A DNA stretch of 63,794 bases, filler included, from Candidatus Coatesbacteria bacterium (GTDB lineage: Bacteria > JAFGND01), in assembly GCA_016927185.1 (NCBI GenBank). It is 5 parts of 5 records of this genome, joined end to end, with 100 filler letters (N's around TTAATTAATTAA, not from the genome) between each part and the next. Parts side by side here need not be neighbours in the genome. Positions count along the whole stretch, not along the records: positions 23,328 to 44,170 come from JAFGND010000030.1; positions 44,271 to 60,672 come from JAFGND010000004.1; 3 more parts are not named here. The stretch is one strand, 5' to 3'. The notes beneath the pieces were generated by a model. It was not told where the DNA came from. It worked only from the letters and a program-made list of their open reading frames with translations, and ran no database searches. This document shows, piece by piece, positions 39,317 to 49,830 of this stretch. A program made the position numbers and the translations under genes. Numbering within the stretch: position 1 is the stretch's first letter; each line of letters starts with the position of its first letter.

Positions 39317-40562
39317 TATTATTTTATCTTTGCTTTATGGATTGAAAGAAGGTGCGAGAATCGCCTTTGATTCAATACTCAAGAATAAGCTAAGGAGTTT
39401 TCTAACTGTCTTAGGGGTCGTTATAGGCGTTGGAACAATTATAGCTATGGTTTCACTTATCTCGGGTATGGATAAAAGCATAACTTCCCAAATAGAGAGT
39501 TTTGGACTTAATGTTTTTTTTGTTACTAAATGGGAACCAACACTAAGGCTTGGTGGGAAAAGAGGAAGATTTGACAGATCACGACCAGATTTTACTATTG
39601 AAGATGCAGAAGCTATTAAGAAAGGATGCCCTTCAGTTGCAGCAGTATCTCCTGAAAACCATAGATTTGGAACTGTTGTAAGATATAAAAATAAAAGGAT
39701 GGAATCAACAAGAGTCATAGGTATCTGGACAGATTACTTCATTGTCCAGGAAACCAAAGTTGCTATTGGCAGGGAATTCACCCCTTTTGATATAAAACTA
39801 GGAACTCAAACTTGTATTCTTGGTGCTGATACAGCCAAAGAATTATTATCAGATAGAGATCCCTTAAATGAACAGATAACAGTTAATGGTCAACAATTAA
39901 GAGTAGTTGGAGTAACAGAATCAAGAGGAACATTCATGGGGCAAAGTCAGGATGATTTTATACTTCTTCCTTATGGGATTTATAAGAGAATGTTCCCTGA
40001 TGAAATTGAGCTGGAAATATCATGCAGTGCAGTAAATCCTGAAAAAATGACTGAGGCAATAGATGAGGTTACATCTTTAATCAGAAGGAAAAGAAAACTT
40101 AAGTTCTGGGAACCAGATAATTTTGCAATTGTCACTCAGGAAAGAATTCTTTCACAATACCGTGACATTTCTACAGCCTTCTACCTTGTAATGCTTATTA
40201 TAAGCAGTATAGCACTAATTGTTGGGGGTGTTGGTGTTATGAACATTATGTTAATGAGTGTTACTGAGAGAACAATGGAAATAGGAGTAAGAAAAGCAAT
40301 AGGAGCAAAAAACAGGTCTATCTTATTTCAATTTATGGTAGAAGCTGCAACATTAACTTCAGTTGGAGGAATTTTTGGAGTCCTGCTAGGTTATGGAATA
40401 GCATATTTGGTGAACTATCTGGTAAAATTACCTGCAACTGTATCACCCTGGTCAGTAATTGCAGGTATAGTATTTTCTGGAGGAGTTGGATTATTTTTTG
40501 GAACATGGCCAGCATACAAAGCTGCCAAACTGGATCCAATTGAAGCCTTGAGATATGAATGA
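39294..40562 (+). CDS. ABC permease (MacB/FtsX family), paralog
   Basis: RSFLTVLGVVIGV, VTERTMEIGVRKAIGA, LDPIEALRYE; start may be 39306. Confidence 0.95.
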   Translation: MHYHMNISIILSLLYGLKEGARIAFDSILKNKLRSFLTVLGVVIGVGTIIAMVSLISGMDKSITSQIESFGLNVFFVTKWEPTLRLGGKRGRFDRSRPDFTIEDAEAIKKGCPSVAAVSPENHRFGTVVRYKNKRMESTRVIGIWTDYFIVQETKVAIGREFTPFDIKLGTQTCILGADTAKELLSDRDPLNEQITVNGQQLRVVGVTESRGTFMGQSQDDFILLPYGIYKRMFPDEIELEISCSAVNPEKMTEAIDEVTSLIRRKRKLKFWEPDNFAIVTQERILSQYRDISTAFYLVMLIISSIALIVGGVGVMNIMLMSVTERTMEIGVRKAIGAKNRSILFQFMVEAATLTSVGGIFGVLLGYGIAYLVNYLVKLPATVSPWSVIAGIVFSGGVGLFFGTWPAYKAAKLDPIEALRYE

Positions 40563-41340
40563 GAAATTTTCAAGTAAAATGAAAAAGATAAAAAGGAATC
40601 TCCTTTCATCAAATGCTATTTTTAAATTGGTATTGAAATTGAAAGGTTTTCACAAGCCTTCCAAAAAGCTGGAATATAAGAAATATAATAGTGTTCTTAA
40701 AACAAAGGATGAATGGCAAGAAGCGTTAAATTTAATTAACAACTCAGGTTTACCATTTCATAACGACTTTCCCAAGAACTGGGACACCTTATCAGCATTA
40801 AGCCTAATTCTCGAAAAATTTGATGAAAATTCAAGGATACTGGATGCTGGATCAGAAATATATAGCAGCATTTTAATCTGTTTATACTTATATGGTTATA
40901 AAAACCTGTATGGAATAAACCTGGTTTTTAAAGAAAGAATAAAGAAAGGCAGAATTCTTTATGAACATGGTGATATAACTAAAACAAGATTCGAAAATGA
41001 GTATTTCAGTGCAGTCACATGTTTGAGTGTTATAGAACATGGTGTAAATTATGAAGATTTTTTTAAGGAAATGAATAGAATCATAAAAAAAGGGGGAATC
41101 CTTTTTATAAGTACAGACTACTGGCATGACAAAATCAATACTGATAAGATAGAGGTATATAATTCAAAAACAGTTATTTTTTCAAGAAATGAAATAGAAG
41201 ATCTATTGCAAATAGCCAGGAGGAGTGGTTTTGAATTACTTGGAGACCAGGATTTAAACTGCAATGAAAAAACAATCCATTGGGAAAAATATAACTTAAG
41301 ATATACTTTCATTAATATTGGTTTAATAAAGAGAGACTGA
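40555..41340 (+). CDS. Class I SAM-dependent methyltransferase
   Basis: ILDAGS, GDI, CLSVIEHG, RIIKKGG..ISTDY. Confidence 0.85.
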   Translation: MNEKFSSKMKKIKRNLLSSNAIFKLVLKLKGFHKPSKKLEYKKYNSVLKTKDEWQEALNLINNSGLPFHNDFPKNWDTLSALSLILEKFDENSRILDAGSEIYSSILICLYLYGYKNLYGINLVFKERIKKGRILYEHGDITKTRFENEYFSAVTCLSVIEHGVNYEDFFKEMNRIIKKGGILFISTDYWHDKINTDKIEVYNSKTVIFSRNEIEDLLQIARRSGFELLGDQDLNCNEKTIHWEKYNLRYTFINIGLIKRD

Positions 41341-41341
41341 A

Positions 41342-43243
41342 ATGTCTTCTCCTTTCGTACGAAATATATATAAAACCTATTCAGAAATCATCTTGCTAGC
41401 AATCCTGTCATTTACTCTATTTTTAAGCATTTTCCTTAAAGCCCAATGGATAGTAGACTGGGTAGATTCAGGAGAATTGGCAGTAGATGCTTACAGATAT
41501 GTACAAGCTCATCCTACAGGATATCCTCTTTATATCAATATAACAGCCCCATTATCCAGGATAATGGATCCAATTAAAGCTCAGGTTTTTTTATCAATCA
41601 TCTTTACAGTCTTGACTTTTCTTGTTTTCTATATGCTTATCCGCGTTATATTCCCTAAATTAGAAGTTCTTTATTCAATAATGTTTGCTTTTTCACTCTC
41701 AACAGGCTATGAGCTCATTAAACAATCAAGGCAGAACGAGGTTTATTCTCTAACAGCTTTTCTTTCTATACTTATAATCCTGTTTCTGATAAAAAGTTAT
41801 GAAAACAAGAAATTCCTATTTTTACTATCTTATACTGCTGGACTCAGTTTGGGAAATCATATGTTGATATTTACAATTGTAATACCTATTCTTCTATATT
41901 TGTTATTTCGTAAAATTAAATCCAGAAATTATAGTCATCTGTTCCTTATAGTCTTCTTCTTTTCCCTTGGGATATCCATTTATCTTTTCCTTCCTATAAG
42001 AAGCACGTTTAATATATTTCTTAATTGGGGAAAACCAGACAACATGACAAACTTCTATAGACATATTAGTGGATATCAATATAGAGTTTGGATGTTTAAT
42101 GATTTTTCAATTATTTTACCAAATCTGAAAAAAATCATTCTTAGTCTTATTAGTGAACACTCTTATTTAAATATTTTTCTTACAATAATTGGTTTTTACT
42201 TTCTGTTCAAGAAAGATAAAAAGCTTTTCTCAATTCTTATAATTTGCCTTCTTATCTCAGTTTTTTATATTGTGAATTATATCATTCCTGATATTGAAGG
42301 TTATTACCTCATTCCTTTCACATTGATAAACATACTATCAATATTTGGTGTCGGATTTATTTATAAAAGAATAAAGAATAAAATAGCAATTATGAGTCTT
42401 TTTGTTTTAGTCTTTTTCTTGTCAATAGTAAGAATTATATCACCCTATCCAATTAATAAAATTGCTTATGAAACACAGATAAATATTAACAAAGGCTTGC
42501 CTTATAAAACACATTTATTTACAAATAACTGGGACTATTGCTCTCCTGCCCTATACCATCAGGAAGTTAAAAGTATTCGACCTGATGTAATATGGATTGA
42601 TATAGAGCTGATGAGAAGAACATGGTATATAAACCATCTTGCTGAGTTGCTTGAACCAATAAATAGCAATCATCTGGATCCTTTTATAAAGGAGCTCAAT
42701 AAATTTGAAAACAATACACTAAAAGATGCAAGAATGATACAAATAGAATTTGTTGGTATACAAAGAGATATCATTTCTTACTATAGTCAGAGTTCATATG
42801 TTAATTCCTTAATTCCTCCTGGCTATGATCTTGATGAAAAGCAGATTTTTGGTGCTTTCAAGAGAAATCCATCTTCATGTACATGGGCAATAAATTCGAA
42901 AACTCTGCCTGGATTTTTGGATCCCAAATATCTGAAATGGACATATGACAAATCCAGGCTTACAAAAAGAGATTTTATTGCAATTAAAATAATTGCAATG
43001 CCTTGGTATATACAAGCAGAAGACTTTCTGGCAAGTGAATTGTGGAAACCTGCTGAAGCCTGCTTCACCAGTATTATAAATATGGGGCTGGAAGAAGCTC
43101 GCTCTTTAGGGGGATTATCTTATTCTTTATACAGGCAGGGAAGATTTGCGGAAGCAAAGGAAAGTCTATCAAGAATAAGAGATAAAGGTGATTATGAGAA
43201 ACAAATAAATCAACTTGAAAATGCGTTGAATCAGATCAAGTAA
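41342..43243 (+). CDS. DUF2723 (TMEM260-like) GT-C membrane protein with C-terminal TPR
   Basis: DSGEL...AHPTGYPLY, EVYSL, GLSLGNH, YLFLPIRS, NWG.PD, HISG.QY, PDIEGY, RPDV; terminal TPR. Confidence 0.85.
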   Translation: MSSPFVRNIYKTYSEIILLAILSFTLFLSIFLKAQWIVDWVDSGELAVDAYRYVQAHPTGYPLYINITAPLSRIMDPIKAQVFLSIIFTVLTFLVFYMLIRVIFPKLEVLYSIMFAFSLSTGYELIKQSRQNEVYSLTAFLSILIILFLIKSYENKKFLFLLSYTAGLSLGNHMLIFTIVIPILLYLLFRKIKSRNYSHLFLIVFFFSLGISIYLFLPIRSTFNIFLNWGKPDNMTNFYRHISGYQYRVWMFNDFSIILPNLKKIILSLISEHSYLNIFLTIIGFYFLFKKDKKLFSILIICLLISVFYIVNYIIPDIEGYYLIPFTLINILSIFGVGFIYKRIKNKIAIMSLFVLVFFLSIVRIISPYPINKIAYETQININKGLPYKTHLFTNNWDYCSPALYHQEVKSIRPDVIWIDIELMRRTWYINHLAELLEPINSNHLDPFIKELNKFENNTLKDARMIQIEFVGIQRDIISYYSQSSYVNSLIPPGYDLDEKQIFGAFKRNPSSCTWAINSKTLPGFLDPKYLKWTYDKSRLTKRDFIAIKIIAMPWYIQAEDFLASELWKPAEACFTSIINMGLEEARSLGGLSYSLYRQGRFAEAKESLSRIRDKGDYEKQINQLENALNQIK

Positions 43244-44170
43244 TGAGTAAACTTCCTGTATCGGTTTTCATGATAATCAAGAATGAAGAAGAGAATCTTC
43301 AAGAATGTCTTGAGAACCTTTTATGGGCAGCTGAATTGATAATTGTTGATACAGGAAGTTCAGATAAAAGCATAGAAATTGCAAAAAAATTTACAGATAA
43401 AGTTTTTATTGAAAAATGGGAAGGTTTTGGAAAAACAAAAAATAAAGCTCTGCTTCATACAAATCTGGATTGGGTATTTTCTATTGATGCAGATGAAAGA
43501 GTAACAAATGATCTGAAAAAAGAAATAGAGATAGCAATAAAGAATGAAAGAATAGATGGTTACTACATTAAAAGACTGCCTTATTTTCTAGGGAAACCAG
43601 TTTTTCATGGAGGATGGTATCCAGGATGGGTACTAAGACTTTTCAAAAAGAAAAAAGGAAGATTCAGTAATAAAAATATTCATGAGAAAATTCAATTAGA
43701 AGGTAAAACTGCTTTCCTTGAAAATGATCTTATTCATCTAACGTATCCTACAGTAGAAGAATACATTAGAAAACTAAACATCTATACTACGATCTCTGCC
43801 AAGGAAGTTCTCAATGACGGCAAGCAAGCAAAAATGATAGATATATTTGTGCGACCTGCTGCTTTATTTATAAAAATGTACTTTCTTAAAATGGGATTTT
43901 TAGATGGAATAAATGGTTTTATTTTGGCAGTTTTTTCATCAATATATCCTCTTTTGAAATATAGTAAAGCCTATTTCTTCGAAAAAAAGCGAAGAATGAA
44001 TGATAAGAAAAAGAACAGAAAGATACTAGTAATAAAATCGAGAGGTTTAGGGGATACAATATTAATGATCCCGTTTCTTGAAAATCTTAAATCATACTTT
44101 TCTGAGAGCGATATTGATGTAATGATAAATGAAAAGTATATTAATCTTCTTAAAAGCATTGATTTCATTC
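43243..44170 (+). CDS. GT2 (WaaE/KdtX-like) glycosyltransferase fused in frame to the start of a GT9 heptosyltransferase-like domain; truncated
   Basis: KNEE, DTGSSD, IDADERV, GGWYP, GFLDG; then without a stop KILVIKSRGLGDTIL..P. Confidence 0.85.
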
Positions 44171-44270
44171 NNNNNNNNNNNNNNNNNNNNNNNNNNNNNN
44201 NNNNNNNNNNNNNNTTAATTAATTAANNNNNNNNNNNNNNNNNNNNNNNNNNNNNNNNNNNNNNNNNNNN
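44171..44270. other. Artificial contig linker
   Basis: N44-TTAATTAATTAA-N44. Confidence 0.98.
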
Positions 44271-44307
44271 GTTTTCCATATAATTATTAAGGTAAGAAAA
44301 TTATATT

Positions 44308-44370
44308 AACCTCACCCCGTCTTCCAGACTCCCCTCTCCTACAAGGAGAGGGGCTAGAGGTTAAGGTTTA
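44308..44370. repeat. REP-like palindromic element
   Basis: AACCTCACC...CCCCTCTCCT-aca-AGGAGAGGGG...AGGTT; related copy at 63646-63688. Confidence 0.7.
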
Positions 44371-44402
44371 CAACTCAGTCCATGATGTCCAGGGGCTAGA
44401 TT
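44371..44402 (+). repeat. 32-nt dispersed repeat, copy 1
   Basis: CAACTCAGTCCATGATGTCCAGGGGCTAGATT; 29/32 match to the reverse complement of 63469-63500. Confidence 0.8.
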
Positions 44403-44484
44403 TAGACCAAACAAGAAAAAAATTGACAATATTAGCTGGAAAATAGGAAACAGCCTTCAGATTGACCGAGATATGGAGGTAGTA

Positions 44485-44937
44485 GTGGGAGAGTTCGAAC
44501 CCAGAATCGTAGGTTTCCTCTGCAAATGGTGTTCTTATGCGGGTGCAGATCTTGCCGGAACAAGCAGATTGACTTATCCTGACAATGTGCAGGTTATAAG
44601 AGTAATGTGTTCTGGAAGAGTAAATCCATTGTTCATTCTGAAGTCTTTCCAGTCAGGAGCTGATGGTGTACTCATTTGCGGCTGCCATCCAGGAGACTGT
44701 CATTATACTCAGGGGAATATGTTTACCAGAAGGAGAATGACTGTTTTCAAATATCTCCTTAAATCACTCGGAATAGACACAAGGCGAATTAGAATAGAGT
44801 GGGTATCAGCTTCTGAAGGTGCAAAGTTTGCTGAGCTTGTCAAGGAATTTACAAATGAAATCAGGGCTTTAGGTCCAAACAAACAGCCTGCATTTTCAAA
44901 GTTTGCTGATGATGAGCAAAAGAAGATAACGGTTTAA
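44485..44937 (+). CDS. mvhD: MvhD/FlxD-type [2Fe-2S] subunit (methyl-viologen-reducing hydrogenase delta)
   Basis: FLCKWCSYAGAD.AG, RVMCSGRV, GADGVLICGCHPGDCHY, WVSASEG; GGAGGT RBS before GTG 44485. Confidence 0.93.
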   Translation: MGEFEPRIVGFLCKWCSYAGADLAGTSRLTYPDNVQVIRVMCSGRVNPLFILKSFQSGADGVLICGCHPGDCHYTQGNMFTRRRMTVFKYLLKSLGIDTRRIRIEWVSASEGAKFAELVKEFTNEIRALGPNKQPAFSKFADDEQKKITV

Positions 44938-46543
44938 TCTTATCCCATAGAATATTAGGTGATTCCTTTTTGACATAAAGTAGTGTCAATTTATAAATTA
45001 TAGGTATATAATGATCTTTCGCCATTTTCCTGAAATCATGTCTGCCCCATCCTAGAGTTGCAAAATCTGGTTTCAACTTAAGAAGAGAATAATCCATGTC
45101 TATCTTGTTGTAACCGGGAATACTATTCATTCCCTTGAAACCATACTTCCCTGAGATATCAGGCATAAGTCTTGCAATTCTCCTGTCAGTCCTTCCTAGA
45201 AAGTCTATAGTATATCTCTCTGAGTAATATGGTAATACTCCAATCCATGTCAATCCCAGTTTTGCATCCATAGTCATTATTTCATTTATTGCAACCGCTC
45301 TTCTAACATTCCTTGTATTATCTTCATAAGAGATGATTGTTTCCCTCAAAAGAGCTTCCTTGATGTAATTCTTGTTCAGCATGAATATGGATATTACAAA
45401 TGCTGCATGAATCAAGATATCCAGCTGCCATTTCCTTAATCTGTATTTCTTTCCAAGATCCTTGAAAAAACCCAGGGTTAATATGAAAAGCAATGGTATA
45501 AAAGGACATATATTCTTGATAAAATATCCAGAATCTCCCCCTGAAACAATAGCATATAACAATGAAGTCAGGAAAAGCAGGAAGAGAAGAATATACTTTC
45601 TTCCATAAAAAAATATAACGCATGCAGATGCAATTATCAATAAGGGAAGCAAAGATAGTAAATTGGAATATACGAAAACCATTCCATTTTTTATTGCAGT
45701 ATACAAGGGCAAGCCATAATACCTGGCAACAATAATATTCGGGATCCAATCACCGTAATATATCCTGCTGAATAGCAATCTTCCAAATATCACCAGAAGT
45801 ACAATTGATATTTCCTGCAAATATTTCTTCCAGCCAGATCTTGTAAAAAACATGTAAAAAAGAAAGACTAATATAATGGTAAAAAATTCTATCTCCATCC
45901 AGAAAGTTAATCCCAGAAATAATGAAAAAAGTATATTAGCCTTTAAGGATTTTTCATGTTTGAAAAAAAAGTATATAGCTAGATAGATGGTAAAAGTGAA
46001 CAGGCAATAATTGGTATTCATTATATTTATTAAATCAAGGGGGAAGTAGCAAAATGCTGAAAAGAATGCAAGGAGAACAAAAGGTTCTTTCTTTCCTAAT
46101 ACAAGAGTGGCAATTTTTGCAGAAAGAAAGGCTATTGCCAGACAAAACAATGCAGAAATTATCTGCATGAACAGAACCGATTTTACTTTGGATAAAAATT
46201 TCTGAGGAACTGCCATGAATAATGCTGGTATTAATCCAGAGAAGCCTTCAACATACTCTCCCTTGTTGAATACAAGTCCATTTCCCTTTACCAGGTTGGT
46301 TGCATATCTCATCGAAACCATTGATTCTTCTGACAGGCAGAAATACCTGTGCTTGTCAAATGAGACGATTGACGACTTAAGTATGAAGAATCCAGCCCAG
46401 AATATGAATCCAAAAATAATCAATCCATATAGAAAGTTAAGGATTATTCTGAATGCCTTTATCAGTCTTACTTTGTATTCTTTTGTCCCGACTTTCAATG
46501 ATATTAGATTGTTTCTTTCCAGGATTTCTGCTATTTTCAGCAT
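44861..46543 (-). CDS. AftB-like GT-C membrane protein, copy 3 (degenerate motifs)
   Basis: [40 protein letters not shown]; start uncertain (46573 or 46543). Confidence 0.75.
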   Translation of the reverse strand: MLKIAEILERNNLISLKVGTKEYKVRLIKAFRIILNFLYGLIIFGFIFWAGFFILKSSIVSFDKHRYFCLSEESMVSMRYATNLVKGNGLVFNKGEYVEGFSGLIPALFMAVPQKFLSKVKSVLFMQIISALFCLAIAFLSAKIATLVLGKKEPFVLLAFFSAFCYFPLDLINIMNTNYCLFTFTIYLAIYFFFKHEKSLKANILFSLFLGLTFWMEIEFFTIILVFLFYMFFTRSGWKKYLQEISIVLLVIFGRLLFSRIYYGDWIPNIIVARYYGLPLYTAIKNGMVFVYSNLLSLLPLLIIASACVIFFYGRKYILLFLLFLTSLLYAIVSGGDSGYFIKNICPFIPLLFILTLGFFKDLGKKYRLRKWQLDILIHAAFVISIFMLNKNYIKEALLRETIISYEDNTRNVRRAVAINEIMTMDAKLGLTWIGVLPYYSERYTIDFLGRTDRRIARLMPDISGKYGFKGMNSIPGYNKIDMDYSLLKLKPDFATLGWGRHDFRKMAKDHYIPIIYKLTLLYVKKESPNILWDKIKPLSSFAHHQQTLKMQAVCLDLKP

Positions 46544-48296
46544 GGATTTTTTCCCAGACAACTTCTTTTGCATCCTTTCTTAAAACTAAACTGACACCTT
46601 TGTAATAAACTTCTTCATAATTCTCTGAAACCCATTGAGTTAAATCAGCATCACCCAGCTTTTTTATTGTTGTAAATGTTGGTTTTCTTTCCTTCAAAGA
46701 GTAATTCAAATCATATTTGTTATGCCCTGGTTTTGTTTTAACTCCAGCCCAGCTTGTCCTTGAAGTCAAATCAGGTTTCAAATGAGCAATTCTTTTGTCA
46801 ATCTTTCCCAGATAATCAATTGCATATCTTTCTGAATAATATGAAATAGCCCCAAGCCAGATAATTCCAATCGTGGCTTTCTCAGTCGTAATCTCTTTTA
46901 GGACAATAGCTTTATTTAACTTAGCAGTTTGCTCAACAAGACAGAAAATATAACTCTTGAAAATGATTTCCTTTAAGAAATTACTGTTTGGCATATATAT
47001 TGAATAAAAAAGGAACACTGAAATTATCAGACATAATCTTATCAAATTCAGTATTTTTTTACCTGAAAAATTGAAGAACAAACTAATTATTAGAAGGACG
47101 GAAACTGAAACGATATAACCGTATGCTTTCCAGTAATTTAACATATTTTTATAAATTGACATGACAATTGTCAAAATCAATAACAAAAGAAATACAATTA
47201 TATATGTTTTCGTGTTTCGCATTATTCTATATCTCTGTCTCATGAAAAAGTCACTGATTCTTTTAAACTCATTCTCCTGAGTAATATCATTTAACAAGGA
47301 AAAAATCAATATAAAAAGCAAGGGGACAAATGGAGCAAGAAATCTCCAGTAAAACCATGCATCTCCTCCAATGTATATCTGATATAATAAGCCCGAAAAA
47401 AATACGGAAAGTAGCAATAATTTCTCACGAGTATATTTTATAATCAGACTCAATATTGCAGCAAAAAGAAGCACCACTATTGATTTGACAAAAGGTTTTA
47501 TAAAAAGCAAACCATTTTCTATTCTTGAAAACAGAGTGAAACCATACATTTTAAGATAATAAGTATTAGGAAGCCATTCACCATAGTATATTTTGCTGAA
47601 AGTAAATCTATAAAACAAAATAAGTATTACTAGTGCTAATTCCTTGTAAAATATTGCTTTGTGTTGATTTGTTACCATCCTGTAAAGCAAAATCATTGAT
47701 ATTGATATAATTATGTCTATTCTTGTAAACAGTGCCAATACAAAAATAATGATAAGTCCATAATCCAGTTTATTTTGGTTTTTTGTCTGGATAGCTCTTG
47801 ATATCCCGAAATACAGCAGGAAAGTCAGTAAACCTGTTTCCATACCCATCAAACTCCAGAAATTAAGTGGGTAATAAAGCAGGGAAGCAAGGAAAACCAG
47901 CACTAGAAAAGGTTCCTTTATATTGATTACCTGCCTTGCTATTTTCCTTCCAAAAATCGCTATAAGCAAGCAGAAAAAAATCCCTGAGATCTGTATGAAT
48001 AATGCTGAATTTGATTTTGACAAAAATAATTGTGGTACAGCCATGAACAATATCATTAGCAGATTTGTATATCCCTCTACAAACTCGCCTTTGTTAAATA
48101 CAAGTCCATTTGAATCAACGAGATTGCAGGCATATCTCATTGATATCATTGCATCATCAAATAAACAGAAGTACCTGCTGCCATCAAATGTCTTAATGGA
48201 GGTAAAGTATATGAAATAGCTAGACCAGATTATAAATCCAAGAACAATAAGGAAATATAAGATTTGATAGAAGATTTTTAATCTATCTTGTTGCAT
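46437..48296 (-). CDS. AftB-like GT-C membrane protein, copy 2
   Basis: [54 protein letters not shown]. Confidence 0.8.
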   Translation of the reverse strand: MQQDRLKIFYQILYFLIVLGFIIWSSYFIYFTSIKTFDGSRYFCLFDDAMISMRYACNLVDSNGLVFNKGEFVEGYTNLLMILFMAVPQLFLSKSNSALFIQISGIFFCLLIAIFGRKIARQVINIKEPFLVLVFLASLLYYPLNFWSLMGMETGLLTFLLYFGISRAIQTKNQNKLDYGLIIIFVLALFTRIDIIISISMILLYRMVTNQHKAIFYKELALVILILFYRFTFSKIYYGEWLPNTYYLKMYGFTLFSRIENGLLFIKPFVKSIVVLLFAAILSLIIKYTREKLLLLSVFFSGLLYQIYIGGDAWFYWRFLAPFVPLLFILIFSLLNDITQENEFKRISDFFMRQRYRIMRNTKTYIIVFLLLLILTIVMSIYKNMLNYWKAYGYIVSVSVLLIISLFFNFSGKKILNLIRLCLIISVFLFYSIYMPNSNFLKEIIFKSYIFCLVEQTAKLNKAIVLKEITTEKATIGIIWLGAISYYSERYAIDYLGKIDKRIAHLKPDLTSRTSWAGVKTKPGHNKYDLNYSLKERKPTFTTIKKLGDADLTQWVSENYEEVYYKGVSLVLRKDAKEVVWEKIHAENSRNPGKKQSNIIESRDKRIQSKTDKGIQNNP

Positions 48297-49830
48297 TTCT
48301 TATCTTGTTCCAGTATATATCATCTGATCCTCTCTTCAACCTTAATTCAATTCCATCATAGTTCACTAAATCATATATTTCTGATGCTTCAATAGTTATA
48401 TTGTCTTTTCCGCTTATGAATGACTGTACATAGGTAGGTCTTTTTTCTAAAATGGAATAGTGCAAATCGTATTTATTATGTCCCGGGACGAAGTTCATGC
48501 CATGCCAGGCAACAGAATCTTTAAGTCTGGGAGGTAAACCTGCAATGTATCTGTCAGTTTTCCCGAGCATATCATGACAGGATCTGTCAGTAAAATATGG
48601 TATTATTCCAGCAAAAGTCACTGCTAGAGTGGCAGAAGGTTTTGTTATTTTATCAACTGCAAGAGCTTCATTAAGCAGTATGAAGTTTGAGTTTACTGTA
48701 AAAGGTATTTTCTGGAAAATCATTTCAGGAATAAATTTCTGGTTTGCAATAAAAAAAACAATAATGAAAGCAAAAAATTCAAGTAAATAAACAGCTATCT
48801 TCCATTTTTTTATCTTTTCTGCAATATTGCTTAACAGAACAATAAATAGTATGGAAAGAAGAGGTATTGCAGGAGTCATTATCCTCCAGTAGTTCCAAGG
48901 CTCACCACCTGTCCAGATCTGATATATAACAGTCATTAAGAAGAGTATGAATAGGTATAATTTATTCCTGTCAAATTTATAAACCATTCCCAGAAAAGCA
49001 AAAGGGAGAAGCAGGAATATTGACTTCAGAAAAGGGATAACAAAAAGTAAACCGTTTTTATACAATTCTAAAGGTGGATGACCTCTTACTTTAAGAGTAT
49101 AAGTATTGGGAAACCAGGCATTATAATAAAGTTTGCTTAATATCAATTTAAGTATAACAATCAGAAAAATAAAACCTGCTTCTATTAAGAATCTCTTTTT
49201 TGCCCTTTTTTCTATGAATCTGAAGAAAACTAATGGGAAAGTCATTATTATTGAATCCATTCTTGTCAAGAATGCCAGAAGAATTAGCAAGAGAAACAAA
49301 TAATCTATATTATCGTTTTCTCTTGTTGTCAGAAACCTGCAAATACTTAGAAACAGCAAGAATGTCAATAAACCTGTTTCCATTCCCATTAAAGACCAGA
49401 AAGAGAATGGATAATACAAGAGCACTCCCAGAAAAGAAAGAAGTGGAAAAATTCCTTCAGTTTTCAGAAAATCTTTCGTTATAAGATAACTCAAATAGGC
49501 TGTTCCCAGACAGAAAAACACACCCAGTATTTGTATGAAAAGTGAGGCATGCGGTTTAGACAATATCAAATTGGGAATGGACATTATCAGTACCAGAAGA
49601 AGATTGGTATAACCTTCTATATACTCTCCTTTGTTCCAGACTAATCCATTACCATGAGCAAAATTCCATGCATACCTCATGGAAATCATTGCATCATCAA
49701 ACAGCATGAAATATCTCTTTCCTGATATTATTGTTGAAGTATTGTTTATGAAATATGCAGACCAGAGAATATATAGAATTGCAATTGTCAGTAATGAAAT
49801 ATAAACTAGCTTTTTGTTATTTATGGGCAT
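48283..49830 (-). CDS. AftB-like GT-C membrane protein, copy 1
   Basis: [56 protein letters not shown]. Confidence 0.8.
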   Translation of the reverse strand: MPINNKKLVYISLLTIAILYILWSAYFINNTSTIISGKRYFMLFDDAMISMRYAWNFAHGNGLVWNKGEYIEGYTNLLLVLIMSIPNLILSKPHASLFIQILGVFFCLGTAYLSYLITKDFLKTEGIFPLLSFLGVLLYYPFSFWSLMGMETGLLTFLLFLSICRFLTTRENDNIDYLFLLLILLAFLTRMDSIIMTFPLVFFRFIEKRAKKRFLIEAGFIFLIVILKLILSKLYYNAWFPNTYTLKVRGHPPLELYKNGLLFVIPFLKSIFLLLPFAFLGMVYKFDRNKLYLFILFLMTVIYQIWTGGEPWNYWRIMTPAIPLLSILFIVLLSNIAEKIKKWKIAVYLLEFFAFIIVFFIANQKFIPEMIFQKIPFTVNSNFILLNEALAVDKITKPSATLAVTFAGIIPYFTDRSCHDMLGKTDRYIAGLPPRLKDSVAWHGMNFVPGHNKYDLHYSILEKRPTYVQSFISGKDNITIEASEIYDLVNYDGIELRLKRGSDDIYWNKIRNATR

